Assembly: GCA_024228275.1 (NCBI GenBank)
Contig: JAAETO010000285.1
Span: 15,874 to 79,873, forward strand
DNA: 64,000 bases
Source of the DNA: Arcobacter sp.
GTDB taxonomy: Bacteria > Campylobacterota > Campylobacteria > Campylobacterales > Arcobacteraceae
Direction of reading: 5' to 3'
In this document: positions 1 to 9,184 of the stretch, piece by piece
Layout: every line of letters begins with the position of its first letter
Numbering within the stretch: position 1 is the first letter of the stretch
Position numbers and translations under genes: made by a program
Notes under the pieces: generated by a model
What the model saw: only the letters and a program-made list of their open reading frames with translations
Databases searched by the model: none
Told to the model about the DNA's origin: nothing

Positions 1-302
1 CTTTTGAAAAGACTGCAGTAGCTCACATTATGCAAAAAGTTAAAAAACTTTTTAAGAAAAAAATACCTTTAAATTTTGCCATTGTTGGTGGTGCTAGTGC
101 TAATATAAGACTTAGAACTTCTATTGAAGAATTATGTAATAAAAATAAAACAAAACTTTTTTTAAGTGAACTAAAATATTGTAGTGATAATGCAGCTATG
201 ATAGGTCGTGTAGCAATTGAACAATATAAACAAAAAGATTTTATAAGTATAGAAGATATAGATATTCAAACGAGAATTAAAGAAAGGTCTTTACCTCTTT
301 AG
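1..302 (+). CDS. tsaD: tRNA N6-adenosine threonylcarbamoyltransferase TsaD (Kae1/Gcp family), C-terminal fragment; the 5' end lies outside the window
   Basis: The translation contains [14 protein letters not shown] and [12 protein letters not shown], typical TsaD C-terminal motifs. The reading frame is open back to the window edge ([12 protein letters not shown]...). Confidence 0.8.
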   Translation, partial: FEKTAVAHIMQKVKKLFKKKIPLNFAIVGGASANIRLRTSIEELCNKNKTKLFLSELKYCSDNAAMIGRVAIEQYKQKDFISIEDIDIQTRIKERSLPL

Positions 303-374
303 AAATTGTTAATTTAAAATAACTTAGATATATCTATAAAGTATAAGTAAAAAGAGATTTAAAAAGGAATTTTA

Positions 375-701
375 ATGATATTTGAAATGGGAGCTAAATT
401 GGATGGTGATGATTTTAATACATCTAAAAATGATAAAAAAAATAAAACTTCATCTATAAAAGAAATACCTAAAAATCAACATCAATTAGTATTTACTTAT
501 GAAAAAAGAAAAGGTAAACCAGTAACACTTGTAGGAAGATTTAACATATCTGAAAAACAGAAAAAGGATATATTAAAACTTTTAAAGAAAAAACTAGCTT
601 GTGGCGGAGCAATAAAAGAAGAGTGGATTGAACTACAAGGTGATGTAAAAGATAAAATAAAAACAACTTTAGAATTGGATGGATGGAAATTTAAAAAATA
701 A
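375..701 (+). CDS. SUI1/YciH-family translation initiation factor-like protein
   Basis: 108 aa. KGKPVTLVGRF...LKKKLACGGAIKEEWIELQGD matches the SUI1 domain pattern (K-G-K-x-VT-x-V ... CGG ... IE-x-QGD). Confidence 0.8.
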   Translation: MIFEMGAKLDGDDFNTSKNDKKNKTSSIKEIPKNQHQLVFTYEKRKGKPVTLVGRFNISEKQKKDILKLLKKKLACGGAIKEEWIELQGDVKDKIKTTLELDGWKFKK

Positions 702-719
702 ACTTTTAAAGGGAAAGAG

Positions 720-2105
720 ATGAAAAAATTGTTTTATGAAGTAGGCAGTCTTGACAAAAGATGTTACGAAAAATTTTCTTTAACCGAAGATTTATTAATG
801 GAACATGCTAGTTTATCAATTTATTCATATATAGATAAAAATGTAAAAAGATCAAAATCAATATTAATAGTTTGTGGACCTGGAAACAATGGTGCTGATG
901 GTATTGCTCTTGCAAGATTACTTTATTTAAAATATGATGTCAAGCTTTATATCCCTTTTGGTGTAAAATCAAAAATGGCAATATTGCAATTAAAAAGAGT
1001 AAAGTTATTAGGAATAAATATCATTAAAGAATTTTCTTCTTCTGATGTAGTTATCGATTGTCTTTTTGGTAGTGGATTAAATAAAGATTTAGATAAAGAT
1101 TCTGAATTAATTATAGATAGTATGAACTCACTAAATGCTTTAAAAATAGCTTGTGATATTCCAAGTGGAATAAATAATAAAGGTCAAGTAACTAAAAAGG
1201 CTTTTGAAGCTAAGATAACAATTACTATGGGAGCATTAAAAGTTTCTTTATATACTGATATTGCAAAAGAGTATGTAGGTAAAATAATAGTTGCGAACTT
1301 AGGTATACAAAGAGATGTTTATGAAAGCAATACAAATATATATCTCTTAGAAAAAAGTGATATTAAACTACCTTTTAGAGATAAGAAAAATTCTCATAAA
1401 GGAGATTTTGGACATTTAAATGTCATAGCTGGTTGTAAAAAAGGAGCTGGAATAATTGCTTCTAAAGCTGCTTTTTCTTTTGGAGCGGGATTAGTGAGTA
1501 TTGTTTGTCATGAAGAAATACACCTACCTTCTTATATTATGCAAACACATTCTATAAGCAACAACTGTAGCGCTATTGCAATTGGAATGGGTTTAGGAAA
1601 CTATGAAAATGAAGAAATAAAGTCAATATTATCAAAAGATATCCCTCTTATAATTGATGCTGATTTATTTCATGAAGAAATTATTTTAGATGTATTAGAA
1701 AAAAATGTAGTATTAACTCCTCATCCTAAAGAGTTTTGTTCTTTATTAAAAATATCAGGTATTGATAATATTGATATTAAAACTTTACAAGATAATAGAT
1801 TTTTTTATGTAGAAAAGTTTTGTAAAAAATATCCTAATATAGTTTTATTATTAAAAGGTGCAAATGTACTAATATCAAAGGATAATAAAATTTATGTAAA
1901 TTGTTTTGGTAATTCAAATTTATCGAAAGCTGGAAGTGGAGATGTTCTAAGTGGACTTATCGGATCTTTATTATCTCAAGGTTATGATCCTTTACATGCA
2001 ACAATTAATTCAAGCTTAGCTCATGCCTTAGCTAGCAATAATTATAAGAGAAACAATTATTCTTTAATACCAGATGATTTAATACAGGAGATAGAAAAGT
2101 TATGA
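720..2105 (+). CDS. nnr: bifunctional NAD(P)H-hydrate repair enzyme Nnr (epimerase + ADP-dependent dehydratase)
   Basis: 461 aa. It has an N-terminal YjeF_N motif (CGPGNNGADG) and a C-terminal carbohydrate-kinase motif (GSGDVLSG). Confidence 0.85.
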   Translation: MKKLFYEVGSLDKRCYEKFSLTEDLLMEHASLSIYSYIDKNVKRSKSILIVCGPGNNGADGIALARLLYLKYDVKLYIPFGVKSKMAILQLKRVKLLGINIIKEFSSSDVVIDCLFGSGLNKDLDKDSELIIDSMNSLNALKIACDIPSGINNKGQVTKKAFEAKITITMGALKVSLYTDIAKEYVGKIIVANLGIQRDVYESNTNIYLLEKSDIKLPFRDKKNSHKGDFGHLNVIAGCKKGAGIIASKAAFSFGAGLVSIVCHEEIHLPSYIMQTHSISNNCSAIAIGMGLGNYENEEIKSILSKDIPLIIDADLFHEEIILDVLEKNVVLTPHPKEFCSLLKISGIDNIDIKTLQDNRFFYVEKFCKKYPNIVLLLKGANVLISKDNKIYVNCFGNSNLSKAGSGDVLSGLIGSLLSQGYDPLHATINSSLAHALASNNYKRNNYSLIPDDLIQEIEKL

Positions 2106-2416
2106 GTTTGATAATTATTCAAACTACTTGTACAAATAAAGATGAAGCATCTAAAATTGCTAAAGTACTTGTAGATAAAAAACTAGCAGCTTGTGTGCAA
2201 ATGAGTGAAATAGAATCTATATATAAGTGGGAAGGGGAATTTTGTAACGATAAAGAAATTTTATTAAATATAAAAACTAAAAAAGAAAATTTCAAAAAAA
2301 TAAAAAGCAAAATTAAAGAATTACATAGCTATGATTTGCCAGAAATAATATCTATTAATATAGATAATGTAAGTAAAGATTATAAAAAATTTATAGGAGA
2401 GAATACAAATGAGTGA
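2102..2416 (+). CDS. cutA: divalent-cation tolerance protein CutA
   Basis: 104 aa. KLAACVQ...SIYKWEG...E.LL.IKT...HSYDLPEII is the CutA1 pattern. There is a 4-nt overlap with nnr. Confidence 0.8.
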   Translation: MSLIIIQTTCTNKDEASKIAKVLVDKKLAACVQMSEIESIYKWEGEFCNDKEILLNIKTKKENFKKIKSKIKELHSYDLPEIISINIDNVSKDYKKFIGENTNE

Positions 2417-3188
2417 TATTCTAAAAATAGGAAATTATGAGTTTAATAGTAGACTAATTGTAGGTTCTGGAAAATATAGTGATTTCCAGACAACAAAAGA
2501 TGCCACACTTGCTTCAGGAAGTGAATTAATTACAGTTGCTATTAGAAGAGTAAATATTACAAATCCAAATGAAGAAAATTTATTAGATTACTTTAAAGAT
2601 ACTAATGTAAAACTACTTCCTAATAGTGCAGGTTGTTTTACAGCACAAGAAGCTATTACAACTTTTAGATTAATGAGAGAGGCAACTGGTATTGATATCA
2701 TTAAATTAGAAGTTATTGGAGATGCACAGAAAACTTTATATCCAGATGTTATTGAAACTATTATTGCTTGTGAAGTATTAAAGAAAGAAGGTTTTACTAT
2801 TATGGCGTATACAAGTGATGATCCAATAATAGCAAAAAGATTAGAAGATGCAGGTGCTGATGCAATTATGCCTTTAGCAGCTCCTATTGGCTCAGGTTTA
2901 GGTATTCAAAATCCTTATAATATTGCATTTATTAAAGATGCAGTAAAAGTTCCAGTTATTGTAGATGCCGGATTAGGTTGTGCTAGTGATGCATCATCAG
3001 CAATGGAATTAGGAGCAGAAGGAATTTTAGCTAATACAGCTATTGCACAAGCTCAAAATCCTATGGCAATGGCTGAAGCGTTTAAATATGCTACTGTTGC
3101 TGGAAGATTAAGTTATTTAGCTGGAAGAATACCTAAGAAACCATATGCAACTGCAAGTTCTCCAATTGATGGATTAATACAATTTTAA
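2409..3188 (+). CDS. thiG: thiazole synthase ThiG
   Basis: 259 aa. [23 protein letters not shown] and [12 protein letters not shown] are ThiG hallmarks. Confidence 0.9.
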   Translation: MSDILKIGNYEFNSRLIVGSGKYSDFQTTKDATLASGSELITVAIRRVNITNPNEENLLDYFKDTNVKLLPNSAGCFTAQEAITTFRLMREATGIDIIKLEVIGDAQKTLYPDVIETIIACEVLKKEGFTIMAYTSDDPIIAKRLEDAGADAIMPLAAPIGSGLGIQNPYNIAFIKDAVKVPVIVDAGLGCASDASSAMELGAEGILANTAIAQAQNPMAMAEAFKYATVAGRLSYLAGRIPKKPYATASSPIDGLIQF

Positions 3189-3248
3189 ATAGTGAAACTG
3201 AAATCTAGGTAAATTTAACACATTTTTATAAATTTGTTAGATTTACCC

Positions 3249-3277
3249 TTGACAATTCTTTAAAAACATAATATAAT
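3249..3277 (+). promoter_or_regulatory. sigma70-type promoter for the tRNA cluster (TTGACA-17 nt-TATAAT)
   Basis: Exact TTGACA at 3249-3254 and exact TATAAT at 3272-3277 with a 17-nt spacer, about 33 nt upstream of the first tRNA. It is preceded by a 14-bp hairpin (3207-3248) that may terminate thiG. Confidence 0.55.
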
Positions 3278-3309
3278 TCCGTCCACTTTTTGAAAGAATT
3301 GTGATTGTT

Positions 3310-3387
3310 CGGGGCGTAGCGCAGTCTGGTTAGCGCACCTGGTTTGGGACCAGGGGGCCGGAGGTTCGAATCCTCTCGCCCCGACCA
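3310..3387 (+). tRNA. tRNA-Pro (anticodon UGG)
   Basis: Hand-folded cloverleaf. The acceptor cggggcg pairs with cgccccg, the anticodon arm is cctgg-tttggga-ccagg, the T-loop is ttcgaat and a 3' CCA is encoded. Confidence 0.9.
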
Positions 3388-3397
3388 TTTTTTTTAT

Positions 3398-3475
3398 GGT
3401 AGGTATAGCTCAGTTGGTTAGAGCATCTGGTTGTGGTTCAGAGGGCCGTGGGTTCAAATCCCATTACTTACCCCA
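3398..3475 (+). tRNA. tRNA-His (anticodon GUG)
   Basis: It has the extra 5' G(-1) typical of tRNA-His, an anticodon loop ttgtggt, a T-loop ttcaaat and an encoded CCA. Confidence 0.9.
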
Positions 3476-3484
3476 TTTTTATAA

Positions 3485-3561
<77 letters not shown>

Positions 3562-3631
3562 TTTTAAGATTTATGTTGAATTTTATCAACTAAATCTTTT
3601 TTTTTGTCTTTTTAAAAAGATATTTCAATGT

Positions 3632-3716
3632 GCGGATGTGGTGAAATTGGTAGACACGCCAGACTTAGGATCTGGTGCCTCGCGGTGTGGAGGTTCGAGT
3701 CCTCTCATCCGCACCA
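3632..3716 (+). tRNA. tRNA-Leu (anticodon UAG)
   Basis: 85 nt with a long variable arm. The anticodon arm is ccaga-cttagga-tctgg and CCA is encoded. Confidence 0.9.
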
Positions 3717-3722
3717 TTGCTT

Positions 3723-3771
3723 AAAGCTCTTTGAATATGATGTTTACATCTTATTCGAAGAGCTTTTTTTA
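3723..3771 (+). terminator. rho-independent terminator inside the tRNA cluster
   Basis: A 15-bp stem (aaagctctttgaata / tattcgaagagcttt, one G-U pair) is followed by a run of T's ending at 3770. Confidence 0.65.
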
Positions 3772-3782
3772 TCTTGTATATT

Positions 3783-3857
3783 TGGGGTATCGCCAAGTGG
3801 TAAGGCAACGGCTTTTGGTGCCGTTATTCGTAGGTTCGAATCCTACTACCCCATCCA
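3783..3857 (+). tRNA. tRNA-Gln (anticodon UUG)
   Basis: The acceptor tggggta pairs with tacccca, the anticodon arm is acggc-ttttggt-gccgt and CCA is encoded. Confidence 0.9.
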
Positions 3858-3879
3858 TTTAGTAGTAAATACTATTTAT

Positions 3880-3956
<77 letters not shown>

Positions 3957-3965
3957 ATTATTTAC

Positions 3966-4050
3966 GGTGAGGTTGGAGAGTGGTCAAATCCTGCGGATTG
4001 TAAATCCGCCGCCTTAGGCTTCGAAGGTTCAAATCCTTCTCTCACCACCA
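3966..4050 (+). tRNA. tRNA-Tyr (anticodon GUA)
   Basis: 85 nt with a long variable arm. The anticodon arm is gcgga-ttgtaaa-tccgc and CCA is encoded. Confidence 0.9.
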
Positions 4051-4062
4051 TTTTTAAAGTAT

Positions 4063-4138
4063 GGCTCGGTAGCTCAGTCGGTAGAGCAAAGGACTGAAAA
4101 TCCTTGTGTCGGCAGTTCGATTCTGCCCCGCGCCACCA
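4063..4138 (+). tRNA. tRNA-Phe (anticodon GAA)
   Basis: The anticodon arm is aagga-ctgaaaa-tcctt, the T-loop is ttcgatt and CCA is encoded. There is one mismatch in the acceptor stem. Confidence 0.85.
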
Positions 4139-4160
4139 CTTTAATAAAACTACCTCTAGT

Positions 4161-4247
4161 GCGAGTGTGGCGGAATAGGTAGACGCGTGGGACTTAAAAT
4201 CCCATTCCGGTTTCGGAGTGTGAGTTCGATTCTCACCATTCGCACCA
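4161..4247 (+). tRNA. tRNA-Leu (anticodon UAA)
   Basis: 87 nt with a long variable arm. The anticodon arm is tggga-cttaaaa-tccca and CCA is encoded. Confidence 0.9.
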
Positions 4248-4313
4248 TTTTTTGACAAAATCTTTTAAATATAATTTAAAAGATTAACGTCATCTTTCAA
4301 CAAATTTTTATAA

Positions 4314-4390
<77 letters not shown>

Positions 4391-4407
4391 CTTAATTAAA
4401 TATTATT

Positions 4408-6297
4408 TTAATCTATAGGTAAAATAACTTTAAATAATGCACCCGTATAATTTTTATTTTTATACTCAAAGGTATTGTTTTCTACTGTTATATCTCCATT
4501 TATATCATGCATCATTTTCTTACTTATATAAAGATCTAAACCTGTACCTTGGGATTTATGTTTTGTCGTAAAATAAGGTTCAAAAATTTTATTAATATAC
4601 TTTTCTTTTATTCCTCCTGCATTATCTTTAAAATTTATAATAATCTCTTTTTTATTTACTTCTAAGTTAATTAAAATTAATTTTTTAAAATCATTTTTTT
4701 GTTTCTTTAATTCATCGATTGAATTATTTATTATATGTATAAAGACTTGGATAATATTCTGTTCATTTAAATAAATTTTTACTTCATTTTTTAGATCCAA
4801 ATAAATTTTAATATTATTTGATATTATATTAGTATTTAATAGTTTAATACTTTTATGTAATAGGACATTTACATCAAAAAGATTAATCTCTTGAGTGTTT
4901 TTTGATAAATAGTTAAAAGTTTCTATTATATTAGATAAATTGTTACAATTTTCAATAATGCCATCAGTTAGTTTAATTAAAGTGCCTTTTTCTAAAATTT
5001 CATATTGCTCATGAAGTTTTATTCCACTAGCAGCTGTAGAAATAGCAGATAAAGGTTGTCTCCATTGATGAGCTATATTATCTATCATGTCATTTAAAGC
5101 AAGCATCTTCCTTTCATTAAAAAGAGAATTTTCTTGATCTTTTATTTTTGTAAAATCTGACATATATCCTATTAAAGATGTTAAGTTCCCTTCTTTATCT
5201 CTTACAATAAGCTTTCTTTCATATAACCACTTTATGTCTCCATTTTTATCAATAATTCTATATGGAGTATGTTCTATAAAGTCAAGTTTATTATTTCTTA
5301 CATTTTGATATTCAGCATTATATTTATCTAAATCTGCTTTATGAAGTAGATTACTAAAAATTATCTTTTTTTCTAATAAGTCTTTTTTCTCATATCCTAG
5401 GATAGAGTGTATATTACTTGATAAGTAAGAAAAATTATTTGATTTATAATCCCATTTAAAAAGCATTGTGTCTGCCTTATTAAATAATTCTAAGAGTGAA
5501 TTTTGCTCAGATGTTCTTTGTAATACTTTTTTTTCTAAATCAAAATTCTTACGCAAAATAGTATCTTGATATCTCTTAAAAATTTTATAAATATTTTTAG
5601 ACAAGTAGCTCATAATTATAATTCCAAAAATAGTAATTATGATTGAGATAAGAACTGTTTTTTTAATTGAGGATAACAGTTCCTCATTAACCTTTTTAAT
5701 TTGAAGTTTATTTATAGATTGAATTTCATTAATATATTCTCCTGTCCCTATAATCCAATCAAAATGATTTAATTTAGTTATATAAGATATTTTTTTTGCA
5801 GATAAATTAGTTTTTGGATTTATAGTTGCTTGATATTCATAAAAGAATCCATTTTTATTTTTTTTTGCTCTATTTATTAATTCTTGTACAATATAAATAT
5901 TATCTTTTTTTAACTTCCATCTGTTTTTACCTAAGAGATTCTTCTTGACATGGGCAATAGTATTTCCCTTAAAATCATAAGCAAATATGTATCCATCGTT
6001 TTGAAATTCAGTTTTGTTAATTAATTCTTGAATCTCTTTTTTAACTTCTCCAATTTTATGATGATTATTGAGTTTTATGAAATTGTCTATTAAATTTTTA
6101 GTTATATCTATTCTATTTCTTATAATATTTTTTAAATTTTCTTTATTAATTTTGTGTAAAGATTTTATTTCATCGTTGTAATGGGTTTTAATTTTATCTA
6201 CATAAAATATTGTAATTATGCAAGAGGTAAATATAATTCCCATAATGGGGATAATAATTATCCATTTATTAATATTGTTTTCTTTTATTTTAAACAT
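4408..6297 (-). CDS. sensor histidine kinase (N-terminal TM, Cache-like periplasmic domain, second TM, PAS, HisKA, HATPase_c)
   Basis: 629 aa. DGYIFAYDFKGNTIAH is Cache-like, TM segments flank that domain, and the H-box is IAHQWRQPLSAIS. The C-terminal FEPYFTTK...GTGLDLYISKK matches ATPase N/G boxes. No response regulator gene is adjacent. Confidence 0.8.
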   Translation of the reverse strand: MFKIKENNINKWIIIIPIMGIIFTSCIITIFYVDKIKTHYNDEIKSLHKINKENLKNIIRNRIDITKNLIDNFIKLNNHHKIGEVKKEIQELINKTEFQNDGYIFAYDFKGNTIAHVKKNLLGKNRWKLKKDNIYIVQELINRAKKNKNGFFYEYQATINPKTNLSAKKISYITKLNHFDWIIGTGEYINEIQSINKLQIKKVNEELLSSIKKTVLISIIITIFGIIIMSYLSKNIYKIFKRYQDTILRKNFDLEKKVLQRTSEQNSLLELFNKADTMLFKWDYKSNNFSYLSSNIHSILGYEKKDLLEKKIIFSNLLHKADLDKYNAEYQNVRNNKLDFIEHTPYRIIDKNGDIKWLYERKLIVRDKEGNLTSLIGYMSDFTKIKDQENSLFNERKMLALNDMIDNIAHQWRQPLSAISTAASGIKLHEQYEILEKGTLIKLTDGIIENCNNLSNIIETFNYLSKNTQEINLFDVNVLLHKSIKLLNTNIISNNIKIYLDLKNEVKIYLNEQNIIQVFIHIINNSIDELKKQKNDFKKLILINLEVNKKEIIINFKDNAGGIKEKYINKIFEPYFTTKHKSQGTGLDLYISKKMMHDINGDITVENNTFEYKNKNYTGALFKVILPID

Positions 6298-6472
6298 ATT
6301 TTCCTAATTAATTATTGATTTATTTAAAATCTTATCTATATTCTTTTTAAAATATCCTCAAATTAATCATAACTTTATATAATAGTTTCTACTTTCTTAA
6401 ACTGTAGTAAATATAAAGTATTTTTATTAAAACACTTCAGATATTATAGATAGATTTTTTATTTCCTAAGTG

Positions 6473-6820
6473 TTAGCTCTTTTTTCCATAGTGTATTTTA
6501 TTCCCATTTTTATCTAATAATGGATATTTTTTTTCATTAAGTTTCATTTTTTCTAAGATTGCATCTTCTAAATTTATATTTAGTTTCATACACATTCTAA
6601 TTAAGTATACTGCAATATCAGCTATTTCTTGTTTTGCGTGTTCTTTTTTCTCTTCACTTAAATTATTTGCTTCTTCTTGTTCTAACCATTGAAATATTTC
6701 AAGAAGTTCTGATGCTTCAACACTAAGTGCCATAGATAAATTTTTAGGGTTATGAAATTTATCCCAATCTCTTTGATTTGAAAAATCATTTATAATCGTT
6801 TGTATCATTTTCATGTTCAT
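6473..6820 (-). CDS. MazG-like nucleotide pyrophosphohydrolase (small all-alpha NTP-PPase)
   Basis: 115 aa. RDWDKFHNPKNLSMALSVEASELLEIFQW...EIADIAVYL matches the MazG/dCTPase-like EEXXE/D pattern. Confidence 0.75.
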   Translation of the reverse strand: MNMKMIQTIINDFSNQRDWDKFHNPKNLSMALSVEASELLEIFQWLEQEEANNLSEEKKEHAKQEIADIAVYLIRMCMKLNINLEDAILEKMKLNEKKYPLLDKNGNKIHYGKKS

Positions 6821-6881
6821 GTTAAACCTCTTTTACCAATTACTTATTATATAATACAAAAAATTTAATAAAGATATAAAA

Positions 6882-7883
6882 ATGATAAAAAGAGAGTTTT
6901 TACAAAAACACAAAGCACTAAATTTCAAGTTTTACCAAAATGTTGACGACTTTATTGTTGAAGAACAAGGAATAAAATTTGCAGGACGAGGAAATTTTAT
7001 TATAGCAAAAATAAAAAAGAGTAATTTGGGAACTTGGGATTTAATAGATAGTTTAGCTAGAGGATTACAAATTTATGAAAATGAAATTGGATATGCAGGT
7101 TTAAAAGACAAAAATGCAACTACAACTCAATATATATCAATTCCTAAAAAATATTCAAAAGATTTAAAAAAATTTAGACATAATAAAATTGAGATTTTAG
7201 AAACAACTTTACATGGAACTAAATTAAATATTGGAGATTTAATAGGAAATAGTTTTGAAATAAATTTGCATGAGGTCAAAGAAGAAGATGTAGGAAAAAT
7301 TGAAAAACTTTTAATTCAGATTTCCAAAATTGGAATGCCAAATTATTTTGGTTTTCAAAGGTTCGGTTACGAAGGATTGAAAAACTTAGAAAAAGCAAGA
7401 AAATATATTTATGAAGATTTAATAATAAAAGATAAAAAGATATCTAAAATGCTTATTTCTGCATATCAAAGTGATTTTTTTAATAAATGGCTTGTTGAAA
7501 GATTAAAAAACTCAAAAGAATCTTTTAAAGCTTTAAACGGTGATGTTTTTAGAGAATATTCAAAAGATAAATTTTTTACACCAAAAAACTTATCAGAAAA
7601 TATAATAAAAGATTTCGAGAATAAAAAAATAGTTCCTACTGGTTTGCTTCCAGGAAGACAAGCCTTTAGAAGTATGCATGATGCAAGGAAAATTGAAGAA
7701 AAATATGATGATACTTATATTCAAGAAAAAGGATTTAGAAGAGATGCTTTAGTTTATCCTTCTAACATTAGTGTTAAATATAATAAAAATACTAAGAAAT
7801 GTAAATTAAAATTTACACTTCCAAAAAGTTCATATGCAACAGTTTTAATAGAAAATATTGCAAATAGAAATCTAAAATCTTAG
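6882..7883 (+). CDS. truD: tRNA pseudouridine(13) synthase TruD
   Basis: 333 aa. GYAGLKDKNATTTQYISIP contains the TruD catalytic Asp motif, and NYFGFQRFG is also typical. Confidence 0.85.
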   Translation: MIKREFLQKHKALNFKFYQNVDDFIVEEQGIKFAGRGNFIIAKIKKSNLGTWDLIDSLARGLQIYENEIGYAGLKDKNATTTQYISIPKKYSKDLKKFRHNKIEILETTLHGTKLNIGDLIGNSFEINLHEVKEEDVGKIEKLLIQISKIGMPNYFGFQRFGYEGLKNLEKARKYIYEDLIIKDKKISKMLISAYQSDFFNKWLVERLKNSKESFKALNGDVFREYSKDKFFTPKNLSENIIKDFENKKIVPTGLLPGRQAFRSMHDARKIEEKYDDTYIQEKGFRRDALVYPSNISVKYNKNTKKCKLKFTLPKSSYATVLIENIANRNLKS

Positions 7884-7887
7884 ATTT

Positions 7888-8305
7888 CTATTTTAACGAT
7901 TTATTTTTTAAAACATAGAGAAAGTTTATTAAAAGTGTTGTTAATATAATAAATCCTCCAATAAAAGTAGTACTTGGTGGTAACTCTTTTAACACAAACC
8001 AAACCCAAATAGGTGCCATTACTGTTTCAATAATCATAAGTATACTAACTTTCACTAGCTGGAAGGCTTTTTGCTCCAATTCCCATTAGTACTCTTGCTA
8101 TGGGTGAAAAAATTGTTCCTGTTATTATTAATATAATGAGATTGTAATAATCAAGATAAAAACTATCAATTAATAATAAAGTTAATATTGAAGTAACAAA
8201 ACCTGAAAATGCAATTATTGGTAATCTATTAGCTTTAGTATACTTAGTAAGTATTACGAAAGCTAATGCAAAAAATATTAATAGATATAATAAGATTAAA
8301 ATATA
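7888..8305 (-). pseudogene. DMT/EamA-family transporter remnant (only about one EamA half, frameshifted)
   Basis: On the minus strand, 8305->8043 reads ...FFALAFVILTKYTKANRLPIIAFSGFVTSILT...GTIFSPIARVLMGIGAKSLPASES* and stops. The +1 frame continues VSILMIIETVMAPIWVWFVLKELPPSTTFIGGFIILT...NKSLK*. Together these give an EamA C-terminal half broken by a 1-nt indel in the A-run at 8050-8052. There is no ATG and no N-terminal half upstream. Confidence 0.6.
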
Positions 8306-8350
8306 ATATTTTTTATTTTAATCTTATTATAATCTTATTATAATAAGATT
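8287..8350. promoter_or_regulatory. cluster of four AATCTTATTAT half-sites, including a perfect 20-bp palindrome, upstream of GntR regulator 1
   Basis: aatcttattat occurs at 8320-8330 and 8331-8341. Its reverse complement ataataagatt occurs at 8287-8297 and 8340-8350. 8331-8350 (aatcttattataataagatt) is a perfect palindrome 18 nt before the ATG at 8369. Confidence 0.35.
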
Positions 8351-8368
8351 TTAAATATAGGTTATAAA

Positions 8369-9013
8369 ATGAAACAACAAAAAATTAAAAAATTAAAAAC
8401 TAAAACTATTACGGAACAAGTATATGAACAATTAGAGCAAAAGATAATTTTTTGTGAAATTGAACCTGGTACTATATTAACTGAAAAAGAGATTTGTGAT
8501 ATGATAGGAGCAGGAAGATCTCCTGTTCACGAAGCACTTTTATTATTAGAAAGAAGATTTTTAGTAAATTTTTCAAAATTAGGTATTATGATACCTGAAA
8601 TGAATTCTTCTCTTCAATTACAATTATTAGAACTAAGAAGACCTATTTTAAAAACTTGCGTAGAGTGTGCTATTAAAAGATTAACTCAAGTTGATAAAGA
8701 CAATATTGACGAATTATTATCTTGTGTAGATGAACTTAATGAACCAGAATTTTTAAATTGGCTGGATAGACGGCAAGATGTTTTATCAAAAGCGTCAAAA
8801 AACTTTTTCATATATGAAGAACTTAGAAATGTACAAGGCTTATCTCGTAGATTTTGGTATTATTATTCAAAAAAAGATGATCATAAAGTAGTAAGAAAAT
8901 TACATAAAAAAATATTAAAAGCTGTTTACAATGAAAATAAAGAAGATGCATTAAAATATGTGGATGAAATAATTAATTACTTTGAAAATTTTGTTAGAAA
9001 AAATTTAATTTAG
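8369..9013 (+). CDS. GntR-family transcriptional regulator, FadR/FCD subfamily (regulator 1)
   Basis: 214 aa. It has an N-terminal winged HTH (VYEQLEQKII...PGTILTEKEICDMIGAGRSPVHEAL) and an all-helical C-terminal domain. It is a paralog of 19239-19880. Confidence 0.8.
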   Translation: MKQQKIKKLKTKTITEQVYEQLEQKIIFCEIEPGTILTEKEICDMIGAGRSPVHEALLLLERRFLVNFSKLGIMIPEMNSSLQLQLLELRRPILKTCVECAIKRLTQVDKDNIDELLSCVDELNEPEFLNWLDRRQDVLSKASKNFFIYEELRNVQGLSRRFWYYYSKKDDHKVVRKLHKKILKAVYNENKEDALKYVDEIINYFENFVRKNLI

Positions 9014-9112
9014 TTTTAACATTACTAAATAAGCTAGCATGTAAATTAACAATCCTTTAATAAATTTAATATAAAATTTCAGCAAATTAAATAATATAAT
9101 ATTTAACTAAAA

Positions 9113-9157
9113 TAGAATATATCTTAAGTTTACATTAAGTAAACATCATGTAAACTT
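9113..9157 (+). promoter_or_regulatory. candidate operator region upstream of module 1 (17-mer shared with 20015-20031, plus a 10-bp inverted repeat)
   Basis: tagaatatatcttaagt (9113-9129) is identical to 20015-20031. aagtttacat (9126-9135) and atgtaaactt (9148-9157) form a perfect inverted repeat with a 12-nt spacer. The region lies 28-72 nt upstream of the ATG at 9185. Confidence 0.45.
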
Positions 9158-9184
9158 TTTATTATTATTAACATAAGGATAAAA

